Shown here: in pieces, positions 19,726-29,798 of the stretch | Layout: each line of letters begins with the position of its first letter | How positions within the stretch are numbered: the first letter of the stretch is position 1 | Source of the DNA: Candidatus Cloacimonadales bacterium | Lineage (GTDB): Bacteria > Cloacimonadota > Cloacimonadia > Cloacimonadales > JAIOQZ01 | Direction: 5' to 3' | Length of the DNA: 64,000 bases | NCBI GenBank assembly: GCA_963665815.1 | Contig: OY762463.1 | Span: 2,240,001 to 2,304,000 of the forward strand | Position numbers and translations under genes: made by a program | Notes under the pieces: generated by a model | Databases searched by the model: none | What the model was told of the DNA's origin: nothing | What the model saw: the letters and a program-made list of their open reading frames with translations, nothing else

Positions 19726-20811
19726 TCATTTTTCTAATAGAGGAATTGTCTCATACAACTCATCAGCTATCATTTCGATATCCTTAGGAATATTTATTTT
19801 TAACTGTTCTGCCCTTTTCTTATTAAATACGATCATATAGCTTTTTGAATACAGAACAGGAACTTCATTAATCGACTTTTCATTTCTGAGCAGTTGTAAT
19901 GCAATATCAGCTGTTTCATTACCCATTTTCTGGAAATTTATTGCAACACCACCAAACAATCCAAGTCTGCAGAAATCGTAGTTTATTGCTATACCTGGTT
20001 TTTTGCTGTGCTCAAGGAAATATTTGAATGTAACAGGAGTACTTACCTGTTCGCCTTTCTTATTCAGGAGCCCAATAGCAGCATTATAAATAGCTCCGAC
20101 ATCTTTATCGTTATTCAATTTTTCTATGGCGACAGAAAGATCATTAAGAGTTTTCAGTCTTACGGTCTCAACCTCAAAATTCAATTTTTCATTTTTAAGT
20201 TCCAGATCTAATTGCTTTTTAATTGCATCTCCAGTTGTAGTCATATCGATAATTGCCACTATTTTTTTCATATCAGGAAAAATCTGATGCATTGTTTTAA
20301 AAGAACGGGCAAGATGGAGGTATTCATAAACTCCGGTCATGTTTTTTTCAGGATACCACTTATCCCCTACTTTCCTGAATGCACTGCTATAGTCCTCAGG
20401 CTGTTTATTCATACCTGAGAAAATAATGTGGAAATCTTCATCATATAGTTGAGATGCAACATATTTTATTGCATTATCATCTAAAACAAACAATATATCA
20501 GGCTTGAAAGCTTTGATTTTTTTTATAACAATTTCAGCCTGTTTAATCTTGTTTTCCTCGGATGCATTTACTGTTTTAGTCATCATAAAATAGTGCTCAT
20601 AGATGAAATGGAATTCGCTCTGCTCAAGAGTTTGCTTGATACCAACAGTCTGAGGAAAATCGCAAACATTCTTTTCATTGTAACTGTGCAGGATGAACAC
20701 TTTTTTTACTTTGCTCTTTAAAGTAGATTTCTGATTCTCAGCAACAAGTAAGCACAAGGATAAAAACAATATTATCAGAACGAGTATTCTTTTAAAAGTA
20801 TAATAAGACAT
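19726..20811 (-). CDS. Periplasmic ABC-type substrate-binding-like sensor protein
   Basis: Signal peptide; KVFILHSY, FKPDILFVLDDNA, IFSGMN, TGVYE, N...AEQLKINIP motifs; ends 1 nt before the kinase start. Confidence 0.8.
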   Translation of the reverse strand: MSYYTFKRILVLIILFLSLCLLVAENQKSTLKSKVKKVFILHSYNEKNVCDFPQTVGIKQTLEQSEFHFIYEHYFMMTKTVNASEENKIKQAEIVIKKIKAFKPDILFVLDDNAIKYVASQLYDEDFHIIFSGMNKQPEDYSSAFRKVGDKWYPEKNMTGVYEYLHLARSFKTMHQIFPDMKKIVAIIDMTTTGDAIKKQLDLELKNEKLNFEVETVRLKTLNDLSVAIEKLNNDKDVGAIYNAAIGLLNKKGEQVSTPVTFKYFLEHSKKPGIAINYDFCRLGLFGGVAINFQKMGNETADIALQLLRNEKSINEVPVLYSKSYMIVFNKKRAEQLKINIPKDIEMIADELYETIPLLEK

Positions 20812-21346
20812 AAAGATCTCCGGAATTCTAAATAGAATTAATATAATAAGCTATGAGAGCTTTGCATAATAGCAAAATCAAACAGCTTTATTAAAAAAGT
20901 ATCGATGAGATTTTTGAATTCATCAAGTGAACTTCTTAGAGAAGCTTATTCTTAGTCAAAGCTTGATAAATTTTAAAATCGACTCAACTACTATAATTAT
21001 GCAAAGGTTTCACTATTTATAATTACAATATAATCTCTTTTTAAATCTATTAACACAAAAATAATATAAATAATGATCCCCGAACATGGGAGTATGTTGA
21101 CTTTGGCTTTTGAACTACTAAATATTTACCAACAACAACAGACTAATGAGTACCTTCATGAGATTTCTAATGTTCCTCAAAAATCCGATACAAACTAAGT
21201 CAGATTCTGCTGTTTGGGGACAAAATCCCTTTATGAAATTAATTCATATCTTCTGTCAGGTTTTGTCAAATAAAAGAATACAAAATCAAATAATTGACAT
21301 AAAACAAGGATTATTTTTATTTAGAAAAAAAGATTTGAAGGTGATC

Positions 21347-22186
21347 ATGAATTTTCAGAACATGGTATTCAGTTTACAAAAATATTGGGCAGAACATAAC
21401 TGTAATGTAATACAACCATATGACGTTGAAATGGGAGCAGGTACTTTCCATCCGGCAACATTCTTCGGAGCTCTCGGGAGTAAACCTACATCTGTAGCAT
21501 ATATTCAACCTTGCAGAAGACCTAAAGACGGTCGTTATGGTGAAAATCCCAACAGACTTCAGCATTATTATCAGTTTCAGGTAATTATAAAACCAACACC
21601 GGATAATATTCAGGACTTATATCTTAAAAGTCTGGAAGCTATCGGAGTAAATATAAAAGAGCACGATATCCGTTTTGTTGAAGATGACTGGGAATCTCCT
21701 ACACTCGGTGCCTGGGGACTTGGCTGGGAGGTCTGGCTTGACGGTATGGAAATATCTCAGTTTACATATTTCCAGCAGGTTGGCGGTATAGACTGTTTTC
21801 CTGTGACTGTTGAGCTTACTTACGGACTTGAACGTCTCGCAATGTATATCCAGAATGTAGATGACTATAGAGATCTGCAATGGAATGATACAACTAAGTA
21901 CGGAGAACTGTTCTTTCAGAAGGAAGTAGAATACAGTAATTTTAACTTCCATGAAGCGAATATAGAATTGAAAAGACAGGAGTTTGAGAACTTCGAGAAG
22001 GAAATACCAAGGCTGCTTGATAAAAAACTCACTTTCCCGGCTTATGATTATCTTCTGAAAGCTTCCCACGTGTTCAATCTGTTAGATTCTCGCGGAGTTG
22101 TAAGCGTGACGGAAAGAGCGGCGTATATCCTCAGAATACGCAATATGGCTAAAAAATGTGCTGAAACTTATATAGACTCTGAATAG
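21347..22186 (+). CDS. glyQ: Glycine--tRNA ligase alpha subunit
   Basis: [91 protein letters not shown]. True start is ATG 21347 after GAAGG. Confidence 0.98.
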   Translation: MNFQNMVFSLQKYWAEHNCNVIQPYDVEMGAGTFHPATFFGALGSKPTSVAYIQPCRRPKDGRYGENPNRLQHYYQFQVIIKPTPDNIQDLYLKSLEAIGVNIKEHDIRFVEDDWESPTLGAWGLGWEVWLDGMEISQFTYFQQVGGIDCFPVTVELTYGLERLAMYIQNVDDYRDLQWNDTTKYGELFFQKEVEYSNFNFHEANIELKRQEFENFEKEIPRLLDKKLTFPAYDYLLKASHVFNLLDSRGVVSVTERAAYILRIRNMAKKCAETYIDSE

Positions 22187-22206
22187 AAAACAAGAGCAAA
22201 AATTTT

Positions 22207-22242
22207 TACAGGCTGCGGATTTTTCTGTGGCCTTTTTTTATT
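22207..22242 (+). terminator. glyQ terminator; copy 1 of a ~35-bp direct repeat
   Basis: AGGCTGCGGA-TTTT-TCTGTGGCCT hairpin plus T tract; near-identical to 24961-24994. Confidence 0.8.
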
Positions 22243-22420
22243 GACAAATTCCTGAAACGCTATTAACAATTGCATTGTTATTTTGTTTTGTGGGTGGAAA
22301 ATACCCGATAATGTAGAATTGGTAACGCTTAACAGCATTTGTGTGTGAATTTCAAAAACCGGATACCTTATTAAAATGCCCTCTAATCAAGAAATTTCTG
22401 CATCATGTTTCTTTATCATT

Positions 22421-22564
22421 GTATAGTAAATTTTTCCGTTTAGAAATCCTGAAGCCTTGGAAGGATTTCAGGGAAGATTTACGGTTACAGCTTGCTGTAA
22501 ATACATTTTGATAAAGATGTCATTTCTTTTGCTTCGTTTTCTTTGGACATTCAAAGAAAATGAA
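22421..22564 (+). repeat. Structured dispersed intergenic element, copy A (ncRNA or MITE-like)
   Basis: Aligns to the reverse complement of 51680-51820 (about 85% identity over 22421-22530 by manual count), with conserved hairpins. Confidence 0.85.
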
Positions 22565-22746
22565 GGTAGCTCAACTTCGAAAACAAGAAAGGCAAATTAT
22601 AACCCCCAAAAAGTGAGGATTACAGTATGAAACACTGGTTTTTTCCATAAGCAGGAATATTGAAATATAAAGAAATAACTAACAACATAACTGTAAAAAT
22701 TTGACAAGCAAAACGATTTAACTATAATTAAGAAAAAAGAAAAAGT

Positions 22747-23685
22747 ATGAAAAATATATTAATTATAATATTTGCTGCAAATCTATCAATTATTCTTTTT
22801 GGTGAAAATCAAATTCGATTCGAACCAGACAACATCGAAGTTATTGATGGAAAATCTTACATATTGTTTCATTTAGAAGATCATTATGCATCTAGAGATG
22901 ATATGAGCCGAGAAAGTGTTAGCAACACGAACACAAGAGTTTCATCAGGTGTAGATGGTGGAGTCCAACCTAAGTTCACCTCAGCATTCAAGAAAAGCAG
23001 AGATTTTGTGAAGTTCAGTTATCAGAATCCAAAATTTATTTTCTCAAACTTATCTTACAAAGACTTTGAACAATATGGAAAGAATTATGACAAAATACCT
23101 TATCAATTACCTGAAGAAATTTTAGGGAGCCTTACAACTGAAGAACTGATTCTTTATTGCTGTGACCACCCAAGTCTGAAATTTGCATCAATAAGAACAT
23201 GTGCTAAAAGTAAGTTGGCAATAGAAAAGGATGAGCCTGAAGCTCTATCACAATTTAATGGTTACAAGGAACTAATCAGAAGAAGCAATTTCATCCTTGA
23301 AATATTGGACTTATTAGAAGAAAGTTGCATTGAAAATTCAGAGAGGAAAAAAAACATTGAAAAATATATAGTAACGGGTAATATATACAAGAATTATGAT
23401 GATATATCCATACTAGCAGGTGCTTTGTTTAGCTTAATATCTTCCAGATCAATTTATCATTCTATTACTGAGCAAGACAGAATAAATGTTACATTGTTAG
23501 TAAAAAAAATGTACGAATCGAGATTATTTAGCTCTTCAGTGGGACTTTATGCATTTCTTATTAACTACCACTATGAACACATTGCTAAATGGAGAGAGTA
23601 TTTTGTTTATGAAAGCCCAGTAATAATTAGTATAAAAAAGGACTTGAGTGATGTTTTTTACCTGCTTGCACGAGGTGCAGAATGA
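22747..23685 (+). CDS. Secreted hypothetical protein
   Basis: 312-aa ORF with a signal-peptide-like N-terminus; its stop overlaps the next ATG (ATGA). Confidence 0.7.
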   Translation: MKNILIIIFAANLSIILFGENQIRFEPDNIEVIDGKSYILFHLEDHYASRDDMSRESVSNTNTRVSSGVDGGVQPKFTSAFKKSRDFVKFSYQNPKFIFSNLSYKDFEQYGKNYDKIPYQLPEEILGSLTTEELILYCCDHPSLKFASIRTCAKSKLAIEKDEPEALSQFNGYKELIRRSNFILEILDLLEESCIENSERKKNIEKYIVTGNIYKNYDDISILAGALFSLISSRSIYHSITEQDRINVTLLVKKMYESRLFSSSVGLYAFLINYHYEHIAKWREYFVYESPVIISIKKDLSDVFYLLARGAE

Positions 23686-24999
23686 AACGCAATTATATTT
23701 TCATGATTGTTCTAGTCACATTCTCATCCCTTTTCTGTGATTTTGATTTAGGTGATGTTCACTATCAAATTTCACCTCAGGTTCCAGAAGGACACTTCGT
23801 TTTGATACTGAATATACGGTATTAGATGGACCAGACTTAGCGGACAACAGTGTAGTTATAAGACCTGGCGTTGGTACTTTTTATGGAATAATTGATTCGC
23901 AACTTCAAACAGAGGATAGAATTTATTCGATTTCAGGGCTTAACACTACTTGCCGGACATACATCTATGCTACGGATAATAGAAACATTGACATATCTCT
24001 AACCATGCCTCAGGGTGTTAATTATACATTCTATGTTAAAGAATGTATAAATCATACAATAGTTGCATCAAATAACACTTTTGGAAACAAAAGTACTTCA
24101 TTTGCACCTCCTTCAGTAACTCAGTACAATATATATTTCACAAGACAACATGATCCAGATTTGTTAGGATTCACATTCACAATAAATTATAACTGCTATC
24201 AGGAAATGGATTTAAAGTTAAGATATCCTGCACCAGATTTAACATTAGCTGGCTGGACTGATACATGGGGATACTTAAGTCTTATGGCATTAACCATACC
24301 TGATGAGGATCCTGATCCAACAATAACTAAAACATATGAATACTACACTTTGGAGCTTATAATGTATAATTATGTTGAAGATACAGATTTATCATTGAAG
24401 TACATGTTCGATACAAATTTTCCACGATATACTCTTTTAGGCGATGATGTTATCCTTGAGAATAGATGGAATGGTCATGGACACGGAGACCTATATTGGG
24501 CAGTAAGACCAATGTCACTTGAGTGGGACTTCTATTATGTTGTATACGAAACAGATTCATTCTATGAGGGGGCAGTATCTATACAGGGAACTCACACTGT
24601 AGACAATAATTGTCATAGTTATGCATGACTACCTTCTGAAACATATCCCAATTATTGGATGAATTATCCAACAAATCATACAGAAGGTTGTGTTATAACA
24701 AATACACTGGATGAGCATGCAGAAGTTGCAATTTATGAAACTACAAATGCAGATGGTACAACAACCCCAATCCTTTTAATCCATCAACTACAATTTCGTA
24801 TAATCTTGCTAAGAACACTTCAAGACCTGAAATCTGCATATACAACATAAAAGGACAGAAAGTGAAGACCTTTAAGCTGCAAGCAGAAGAGGGAGAAAAC
24901 AAAGTTATCTGGAACGGAGAGGACGAGAATAACAAATCTGTTGCATCCGGAGTGTACTTCTACAGGCTGCAGATTTTCTGTGGCCTTTTTATTATTAGT
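23682..24999 (+). pseudogene. Disrupted secreted protein with C-terminal sorting domain
   Basis: Signal peptide MKRNYIFMIVLVTFSSLFC from ATG 23682; frameshift between 23756 and 23823; in-frame TGA at 24626-24628; second frame change at ~24760 into NPNPFNPSTTISYNL...IYNIKGQKVK...WNGEDENNKSVASGVYFYRLQ; normal CTD tail missing. Confidence 0.8.
24961..24994 (+). repeat. Copy 2 of the glyQ-terminator direct repeat
   Basis: TACAGGCTGCAGATTTTCTGTGGCCTTTTTTATT vs TACAGGCTGCGGATTTTTCTGTGGCCTTTTTTTATT at 22207. Confidence 0.85.
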
Positions 25000-25198
25000 C
25001 CTCTATATTTATCCTGAACTCCATTTCCACAACTAACACAAAACATTAACAAGTATCAAACAAAGTTTCAAAGTAACTGACATGGAATCGAGATGTATAA
25101 AGGAATGAAGACAGAATCATTAAAAAAATGTCAGAAAATAGTTTGACATTATAAAATGACTGAAGCTTATTTTTGATAGCAAAAAAATTGGAGTCTAT

Positions 25199-27793
25199 AT
25201 GAAGCAAATTACAATTCTATTTTTATTTCTCACCATAAGTACGTTCATCTCATCCACTCCCGTTCAACCTGTAGGTTCAGGAACTGAAATTGATCCGTAT
25301 ATTATTGAAACTTTAGATAATTTGGAATGGCTCAGTACAACCAGCTCAAGCTGGGGTGGGTACTTCATCCAGACAACAGATATTGATGCATCAGATACAC
25401 AGAACTGGAACGGAGGAGAAGGTTTTATGCCTATTGGCACCGGAAGCTCTTTCTATGGAACTTATGATGGACAATACAATAAAATCAGTAATCTGAATAT
25501 TAACAGATCTTCAACTAATAATCAAGCATTTTTTTACAAGCTTCATACAACTGGAACACTTAGTAACATAGTTCTTGAAAACGTTAGTGTGACAGGTAAC
25601 TACAATGTAAGTGCTCTTGTAAGCTTTGTTAATCAGGGACATGTAAGAAACTGTTCTTCTTCAGGATCTGTTTCTGCAACAGGAACTGCTGGTGGTTTGA
25701 TTGGTACAACTTATAATGGAGCTGAAGTATCTAAGTGTTTCAGCTCATGTAATGTCAGTGGTCAAACTTATCTTGGTGGGTTAATTGGTAACATGTCTGA
25801 CTATTGCTTAATAGCTAATTGCTATGCACGAGGAAATGTTACCGGAACAAACACAAAAGGCGGATTAATAGGGTCAAGCTACTATCTGTATCAAAGTCAA
25901 GTACACAACTCCTATAGTACCGGATATGTATCTTCAGGATCATGGAGTGGTGGTCTCATAGGTGATGATGGAGTTGCTCATAATTGCTTCTGGGATATGC
26001 AGACTTCCTCAATGACATCAAGTGATGGAGGAACAGGAAAAGTTACATCTGAAATGCAGACTATTTCAACTTATACGGATTTAACAACTGCAGGCCTCGA
26101 TGCTGCCTGGGATTTTACAGGAACACAGTTTGATGATGCTGCGACAGAAGATATCTGGGCTTTCTCAGTTGGATTTAACGACAACTATCCTGTTCTTTCA
26201 TGGCAGATTCTGAAAGCAGAATTCACATCAGTAACAGCTACAACAACAGGAGATACAATATATTTCTCAGACCTCTCAACAGGTAATCCAACATCCTGGG
26301 CGTGGGATTTTGACAATAATGGCTCAATAGATTCAAATGATGAGAATCCGCAATGGGTTTATTCTTCACCAGGCGTCTACACAGTAAAACTCACCGTGTC
26401 CGGAGCTCAAGGTTCTGACACTGAAATAAAAACAGATTATATTACAATTACAACAGCAAGCACGACAAACGGACTCGTTGCCTACTATCCGCTTGGTGAT
26501 GATTCAGACGATTACAGTGGAAATAATTACCATGGAACAGGTTCTAACCTTACTCCTGCAGTCGATAGATTTGGGATAAGCGACAAAGCCTACAGCTTTA
26601 ACGGTACATCATTAATTGAGATTCCGAGAATGGTTCAGGATGATTTCACAATAGCTTTCTGGTTGAAAACTGACATGAACGCTGGTGGAACTGCTAATTT
26701 CTGGGATGGTCCTGGACTTGTCTGCGGAGAAGTAAACGGAGTTACGAATGATTATGGTATTACTTATGGTACCGGTCAGGTAAACTACGGAACAGGTAGT
26801 CCGGATGTGACAATATCCAGTTCAAACCTGTCAGATGACCAATGGCATTTTGTTACTGCAACCAGAAATATGAGTACCGGAGAAATAAAATTGTATGTTG
26901 ATGGTGAACTCGTTTCCTCAGACACAGGCTCAACAAACTCTTTGAATGCAGAAACAACTCTTCGAATTGGTAAATCCAGATATAACGCATATTTTGACGG
27001 ATTGATGGATGATTTCCGATTCTATGACAGAGTTTTGTATGATTCTGAGATTGGGTTACTTTTCAACGAACCTTCCTCAAATGCTACGAGAGAAATTACT
27101 CTTGATTCTGACAGCAGTATTGATTTTGGTCAGGTTTATTACGATTCTGATAGTTCGGTAAATGTTGTTCTGACAAATACAGGCAATGTTATTGTTGATG
27201 TTTCAGATATCAGTTTTGTTAATGCTTCAGCGATATTCGTAACCTCAGATGAATCTATGATGTTGAATCCGGGACAAACTGACACAATCATGGTTACATT
27301 TACACCGGCTGCAGAAACGGTATATTCCGATACATTGAGAATTGTAAATAACTCGACAAACAATCCTGTAATTAATATTCCTCTTATAGGGGAAGGAGTT
27401 TACGATAACATACCTGCACCTCAAAACGTTAACATTGCTCTGGTAAACGGTAATGCGGAAATCACCTGGGATGCTGTGACACAAACCGAACATGGTATAG
27501 ATGTCAGCATTGATTTCTATGTTATAAACTACAGCGAAACCGCAGAGAACGACCCTGATGCTTACTATCACCTGACAGCCACAACAAACATAAGCTTTAT
27601 CCATAACAGAGTGGCTCAGTTCAGCGAAAGCATGTACTATCAGGTTATAGCGATAAGGGATTATCAGGGCGAATATACAACTCAGGCGAACGGTAATGTT
27701 ATCCTTTCTTCAGACAGAAGCAATTCGTCAAATACATCAGATACAACCCGTAAAACCTGGGGAGAATTAAAAAGAGAATTGAATATAGATTAG
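25199..27793 (+). CDS. Secreted multidomain surface protein (GLUG-type beta-repeats, PKD, LamG-like, ASH/choice-of-anchor-D-like Ig, C-terminal FN3-like domain)
   Basis: Signal peptide; GSGTEIDPYII and GGLIG repeats; F.DLSTGNPTSWAWDFD...PGVYTVKLTV (PKD); GLVAYYP...FTIAFW...WHFV...MDDFRFYDR (LamG); DFGQV...LTNTG...VTFTP. Confidence 0.85.
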   Translation: MKQITILFLFLTISTFISSTPVQPVGSGTEIDPYIIETLDNLEWLSTTSSSWGGYFIQTTDIDASDTQNWNGGEGFMPIGTGSSFYGTYDGQYNKISNLNINRSSTNNQAFFYKLHTTGTLSNIVLENVSVTGNYNVSALVSFVNQGHVRNCSSSGSVSATGTAGGLIGTTYNGAEVSKCFSSCNVSGQTYLGGLIGNMSDYCLIANCYARGNVTGTNTKGGLIGSSYYLYQSQVHNSYSTGYVSSGSWSGGLIGDDGVAHNCFWDMQTSSMTSSDGGTGKVTSEMQTISTYTDLTTAGLDAAWDFTGTQFDDAATEDIWAFSVGFNDNYPVLSWQILKAEFTSVTATTTGDTIYFSDLSTGNPTSWAWDFDNNGSIDSNDENPQWVYSSPGVYTVKLTVSGAQGSDTEIKTDYITITTASTTNGLVAYYPLGDDSDDYSGNNYHGTGSNLTPAVDRFGISDKAYSFNGTSLIEIPRMVQDDFTIAFWLKTDMNAGGTANFWDGPGLVCGEVNGVTNDYGITYGTGQVNYGTGSPDVTISSSNLSDDQWHFVTATRNMSTGEIKLYVDGELVSSDTGSTNSLNAETTLRIGKSRYNAYFDGLMDDFRFYDRVLYDSEIGLLFNEPSSNATREITLDSDSSIDFGQVYYDSDSSVNVVLTNTGNVIVDVSDISFVNASAIFVTSDESMMLNPGQTDTIMVTFTPAAETVYSDTLRIVNNSTNNPVINIPLIGEGVYDNIPAPQNVNIALVNGNAEITWDAVTQTEHGIDVSIDFYVINYSETAENDPDAYYHLTATTNISFIHNRVAQFSESMYYQVIAIRDYQGEYTTQANGNVILSSDRSNSSNTSDTTRKTWGELKRELNID

Positions 27794-27816
27794 TAATCAG
27801 CTTAAGATATAAAGAC

Positions 27817-27847
27817 GCAGGCTTCCATAATCGGGAGCCTGTTTTTT
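27817..27847 (+). terminator. Rho-independent terminator
   Basis: GCAGGCTTCC-ATAATC-GGGAGCCTGT plus T tract. Confidence 0.8.
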
Positions 27848-27938
27848 CTTTAGAATAGGAAATTCTCTACTTCATTCTTTCCTTGACTGCAATGAAGTGG
27901 AATTCAATAATCTGGCATTACTGAATAGTGAGGTGCAT

Positions 27939-29270
27939 ATGAGCAATATAGAATTTTCTCCGGAACAACTTATAGAAGACTTCAACCTTATGATCAAAAC
28001 CATGGAAGATGTACACCCTGATCTGTATTTCAATATTTCAAAGATGGATGCCGAGACAGCCATGGATAGAGTAACAAGCAAGTTAACAAAATCTATGTCT
28101 ATTCTGGAGTTCTACAAAGTTATTGGTACATTTCCACCACTGTTGGGAGATAATCATACTGCCATCCATCCTTTTGCATATCTGGGATTCAGCGAGCAGG
28201 ACTATAGTTTTCCCGCAGTAAAAATCGATTCAATACGCAAAGAGGTTCGGATAAAAAATGATCTGGGAGAAATCCTGAAAAAGAACGACCTTGTACTAGA
28301 AGTTAACGGTATTAAAGCAGTGGATATACTAACGGAGATTTCCCGATATATTGCTGCTGAGACAGAATCATTCCATTATGCAATGCTGGAATTCTACTTT
28401 TCCTATATGCTGCCAGCTTTGTTCAACATCACACCTTCTTTCAATCTGAAAGTGAAGAGAGATAGTGAACTGCTTGGTGTTACTATTCCTGAATTAGAAA
28501 AGCCAGCCGAGGAAGATAAAGCAGCTTCTGAGCCAGGTGTTAATTCTTCTATACTGCTGAAAATATACGATGACACAGCATTACTCACCATTAAGCACTT
28601 CCAGTTTCAGAGAGAACAATTTCAGGAAGCTCTTAAGCTTATTGACAGTATATTTTTGGAACTAAAGGAAAAAGATGTCAGGAGACTCATTATTGATGTC
28701 AGAGATAATGGAGGTGGTAACTCTTCCGTTGCAAACCACATTACAGACTATCTCACTGAAAAATCTACCTATAGTTTCAGAAGTATGAAATGGAGGAGCA
28801 GTCAACAAGTAAGAAATTTTGTTAGAGAGAACCTGAAGCTTGGAGAACACAGCTTTTATTCACCTAAAATTCTGGAAATGCTGGAAGATCTTGAAATTGG
28901 TGATTTCCTGGAATATGACTGTCGAAAAACCTATAAAAGTATTAATGAAAAGAATGTATTTCAGGGAGATGTTGTTGTTTTGAGCAATCCAATGTGTTTT
29001 TCTTCAACAACAGCCTTCTTGTGTATGATCAGGGATTTCAATCTGGGCAGGATTATTGGTACGGAATCAGGCGGAAAACCTAATCATTACGGAGACTGTT
29101 ATACATTCTACCTTCCCAATACCGGACTCAGAGTAACAGTTTCTCAAAAGTTTTTTGTGCGAGCATCAGGGAATGAAGCGGACAACAGAGTTATTCCGGA
29201 TATTTATTTGTCTGATGATCAAATAGATATCATACAGAGCAATAATGGTTTCAACAGATTTTTCTCATAA
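27939..29270 (+). CDS. S41 family peptidase
   Basis: VHPDLY, GDNHT, PDZ-like LEVNG, IIDVRDNGGGNS, FSSTTAF, IGTESGG, VIPDI; ATG 27939 after GAGG. Confidence 0.85.
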   Translation: MSNIEFSPEQLIEDFNLMIKTMEDVHPDLYFNISKMDAETAMDRVTSKLTKSMSILEFYKVIGTFPPLLGDNHTAIHPFAYLGFSEQDYSFPAVKIDSIRKEVRIKNDLGEILKKNDLVLEVNGIKAVDILTEISRYIAAETESFHYAMLEFYFSYMLPALFNITPSFNLKVKRDSELLGVTIPELEKPAEEDKAASEPGVNSSILLKIYDDTALLTIKHFQFQREQFQEALKLIDSIFLELKEKDVRRLIIDVRDNGGGNSSVANHITDYLTEKSTYSFRSMKWRSSQQVRNFVRENLKLGEHSFYSPKILEMLEDLEIGDFLEYDCRKTYKSINEKNVFQGDVVVLSNPMCFSSTTAFLCMIRDFNLGRIIGTESGGKPNHYGDCYTFYLPNTGLRVTVSQKFFVRASGNEADNRVIPDIYLSDDQIDIIQSNNGFNRFFS

Positions 29271-29271
29271 T

Positions 29272-29655
29272 CTACTTTCCTCCCAGAAATTCAATAATGT
29301 TTCCGCAAGGATCGTAACACTGAAACCAGAAATCACCCTGTCCCATGTCCATAGGTTTGTCATGAATCATTCTTATGTTGTGCTGAAGGAGTTTTGCGTG
29401 CAGCTCGTTAGCAGATTTAACGGAAAGGACAAATGCCGGACGTGATGATGACTCTTTAAAATCAGCTTTATCGTTGCCGCCCTGAAGATACATTCCTTCT
29501 TTTCCCTCTTTACCGTAATTAAGAAAACAGGCGAGACTGCCCATATCAAAAGATTTTGTCATGCCAAGTACATCAGTATAGAATTTATATGCTTTTTCAA
29601 AGTCATCAACATAAACTGAAATAAATGCCACTCCGATTAATTCCGTATTACTCAT
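29272..29655 (-). CDS. VOC/glyoxalase-bleomycin resistance family protein
   Basis: VYVDDFEKAYKFYTDVLG...FQCYDPCGNIIEF. Confidence 0.9.
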   Translation of the reverse strand: MSNTELIGVAFISVYVDDFEKAYKFYTDVLGMTKSFDMGSLACFLNYGKEGKEGMYLQGGNDKADFKESSSRPAFVLSVKSANELHAKLLQHNIRMIHDKPMDMGQGDFWFQCYDPCGNIIEFLGGK

Positions 29656-29798
29656 ACTTTATCTCCTTTAATTGAGTCTCATTCAATAATGTATATATTT
29701 GAAGTTTCTGGCAAGATAATTATATCAGTGTAATTGGTGTGAGAAAAATAACTTGTCACCCTATAATAATTATTCCTCTTTTTGATCAGGAGAAATTC

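Noticed and set aside
21146-21346. N-terminal extension of GlyQ, or a T-box leader
   Set aside because: GlyQ homology starts at MNFQ (21347) with its own RBS. The extension covers promoter-like AT-rich DNA, and no T-box consensus was seen.
24626-24660. Selenocysteine read-through of the in-frame TGA
   Set aside because: No convincing SECIS-like hairpin or redox motif, and the same gene has two frame disruptions, so decay is the simpler explanation.
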